Origin: Takakia lepidozioides | Taxonomy: Eukaryota > Plantae > Bryophyta | Direction of reading: 5' to 3' | NCBI GenBank assembly: GCA_030704615.1 | Contig: CM060733.1 | Span: 744,001 to 808,000 of the forward strand | DNA: 64,000 nt | The notes under the pieces: generated by a model | Database searches by the model: none | What the model saw: the letters and a program-made list of their open reading frames with translations, nothing else | What the model was told of the DNA's origin: nothing | Position numbers and translations under genes: made by a program | Shown: piece by piece, positions 62,401-64,000 of the stretch | How positions within the stretch are numbered: position 1 is the stretch's first letter | How the letters are laid out: each line of letters starts with the position of its first letter

Positions 62401-63912
62401 CTATGGCCACAAGGCTACGGCAAACTAGGTTTTATGAGTACATCCTATCACATACTGCAATGCAACTATTAGTGCACCCACAGCCACATGTGTCACCTGT
62501 GTGAGGTAGACGACTAGTACACTACTAGTGGTGAGTCAGCATCATGTAATATGGTGTGAGGTCCATGCCAATCCTTGTGTTGAGACATATATTCTGGTGG
62601 TGTCAGCTGTGCAAGGGAGGTCAGTACAGGGACTATGTGGTCGAGGGTACCTCCTACCAAATGTGTGCAGTGAATGGTCAATGCATGTATATTCCTCTTC
62701 AGGATGCAACCCCACCACCAGCTGCATTTAGGAGGATCAAAGCCCTTTATATTGGTATGGCAAAGTCAGTAGGGATTGTGCATGCTCCACTAACGATGTA
62801 ACCCTCTCTCAGTTTTCTCTTGAGGATTCCTTTCCAGTTGTGACCCATCCACAACTGGCCAGAAATCAAATGCCACCAAAGCTCAATCTCAATGGGGTCC
62901 GTTCTATCTCTATCCATCCAGAAGACAAGGCTATGGCAAACAACGTCTTATGAGTACAATCTATCCATCCAGAAGACCCTTTCAGAAGTAATTACTGTTG
63001 GTCAGTCAGGTTCGGATGGCACAAGCAGTGGGCCGACTACGCCGCACAGCCATTCAGTACACAGATGCCCGCGTGCGTTTGGTAGGAGAGGTTTTGACAG
63101 GGGTCCGGGTGGTCAAATACAATGGGTGGATTGCTCCATTCTTGAAGCAAATAAAGGACTTGAGGACCAACGAGATGTAGCCTCAGGGTCACATGATTCT
63201 CTCAAAGTTGTTGATCAGTTTGGACATGAAATATCTTTGTTAACTGAAGAAAAAAAAAGTGAAAACAGATGTTGTAAGCCTGTTTCTTGATAAATGGCAG
63301 CTAGACATTGAAGGTCCATGGTTAGCATAGTAGCACTGTTTTTCTCTGTTCAGAGCTGAAGGCAAAGACAACTGCTGCGTGTACATGGGGCCACTTATCC
63401 CTTAGAGCTAGGACTGCAATTCTTCTAAAGGCACATATCAACCCTTATGTGCTTGGATGTTCACCAAACTGTCTTGATTCCTGTAGCTTCTGCATCCTGT
63501 CCCAATAGGAAAGGTCTCCATTGCTATCCCAAATCCAACCATCCCTGCACCTAGATGTATCCACCTTATATTTGAGTGCTTAGAAAAGAGATCCAATAAT
63601 GGCATGCAGGATTGCACCCTGGATCGCCTTGAGGCACCATGTCCAATCAATTGAACTAATTGAACATAGTATTCTAGAGTGAATTGTATGCTTTGCTTAA
63701 ATGTGTCTGTTTCTGGATTTCACAATTGTTTGTGATATTTGGGATGCTGTTTATGTTCCCGATGCAGGATGGAGTTACCCCATTAGCATCTTTGGTGACA
63801 TTTGGAACATATGTAGCAATGAAGGGGGGTGCAGCACTGACACCCAGCCTGTCTTTCACAGTCCTTGCTTTCTTCAGCATTCTTGTGCGTGTATTCTCCT
63901 TTGCTCCCACAG
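59495..63912 (+). CDS. ABC transporter C family (ABCC/MRP), 5' exons; continues beyond window
   Basis: Exons 59495-59659 (ASIFSVLTWHWVQPLIALGHRRALQ), 60249-60452 (AEDLYDL), 60939-61139, 61474-61585 (STGNMLNLVTNDT), 61893-62002, 63010 to ~63177 (TDARVRLVGEVLTGVRVVKYNGW..LRTNE), ~63768-63912 (TPLASLVTFGTY..LTPSLSFTVLAFFSIL). Confidence 0.9.
62383..62442 (+). repeat. Dispersed ~55-bp intronic repeat
   Basis: CCAAACTGGGC..GGGTCT.TGGCCACAAGGCT..GGCAAAC...TGAGTACA also at about 47312, 51733 and (partial) 62926. Confidence 0.7.
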
Positions 63913-64000
63913 GTATTGCTTGTTGATTCCATGGCTCCAAATAATTGAAATCCCCCTTAATGTTCTGTCCAAGTGTCTTCCCTCAAATCAGTATCGGTAT

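Overview
Eukaryotic land-plant genomic DNA, probably a bryophyte or other early-diverging lineage (inferred from PLS-type PPR, EMS1-like kinase and a divergent CHASE histidine kinase). The left ~39 kb is a nest of decayed transposons: CACTA/EnSpm, PIF/Harbinger, pogo-like, a TA-flanked MITE, SINE-like and LINE fragments, a CRE-like non-LTR fragment, a ~120-bp satellite, and a Ty3/gypsy element carrying a C5-cytosine methyltransferase domain. The right ~24 kb holds two host genes: an apparently intact 16-exon CHASE-domain hybrid histidine kinase (40603-57244) whose introns are packed with one LINE family, and the 5' part of an ABCC/MRP transporter (59495 to past the window end). The main discovery candidate is three diverged, overlapping, partly broken copies (14.5-18.8 kb +, 28.0-30.1 kb -, 31.1-32.0 kb -) of a spliced gene. 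Together they reconstruct a protein with an N-terminal ParB/Sulfiredoxin-like 'DGNHR' domain and a beta-class N4C/N6A DNA-methyltransferase fold with an atypical DIPD catalytic motif. The copies sit beside CACTA-type termini and a SWIM-finger exon, and each carries its own family of 20-34 bp intronic palindromes sharing a CGTTGACG core. All homology calls are by eye from recalled motifs; no database searches were run.
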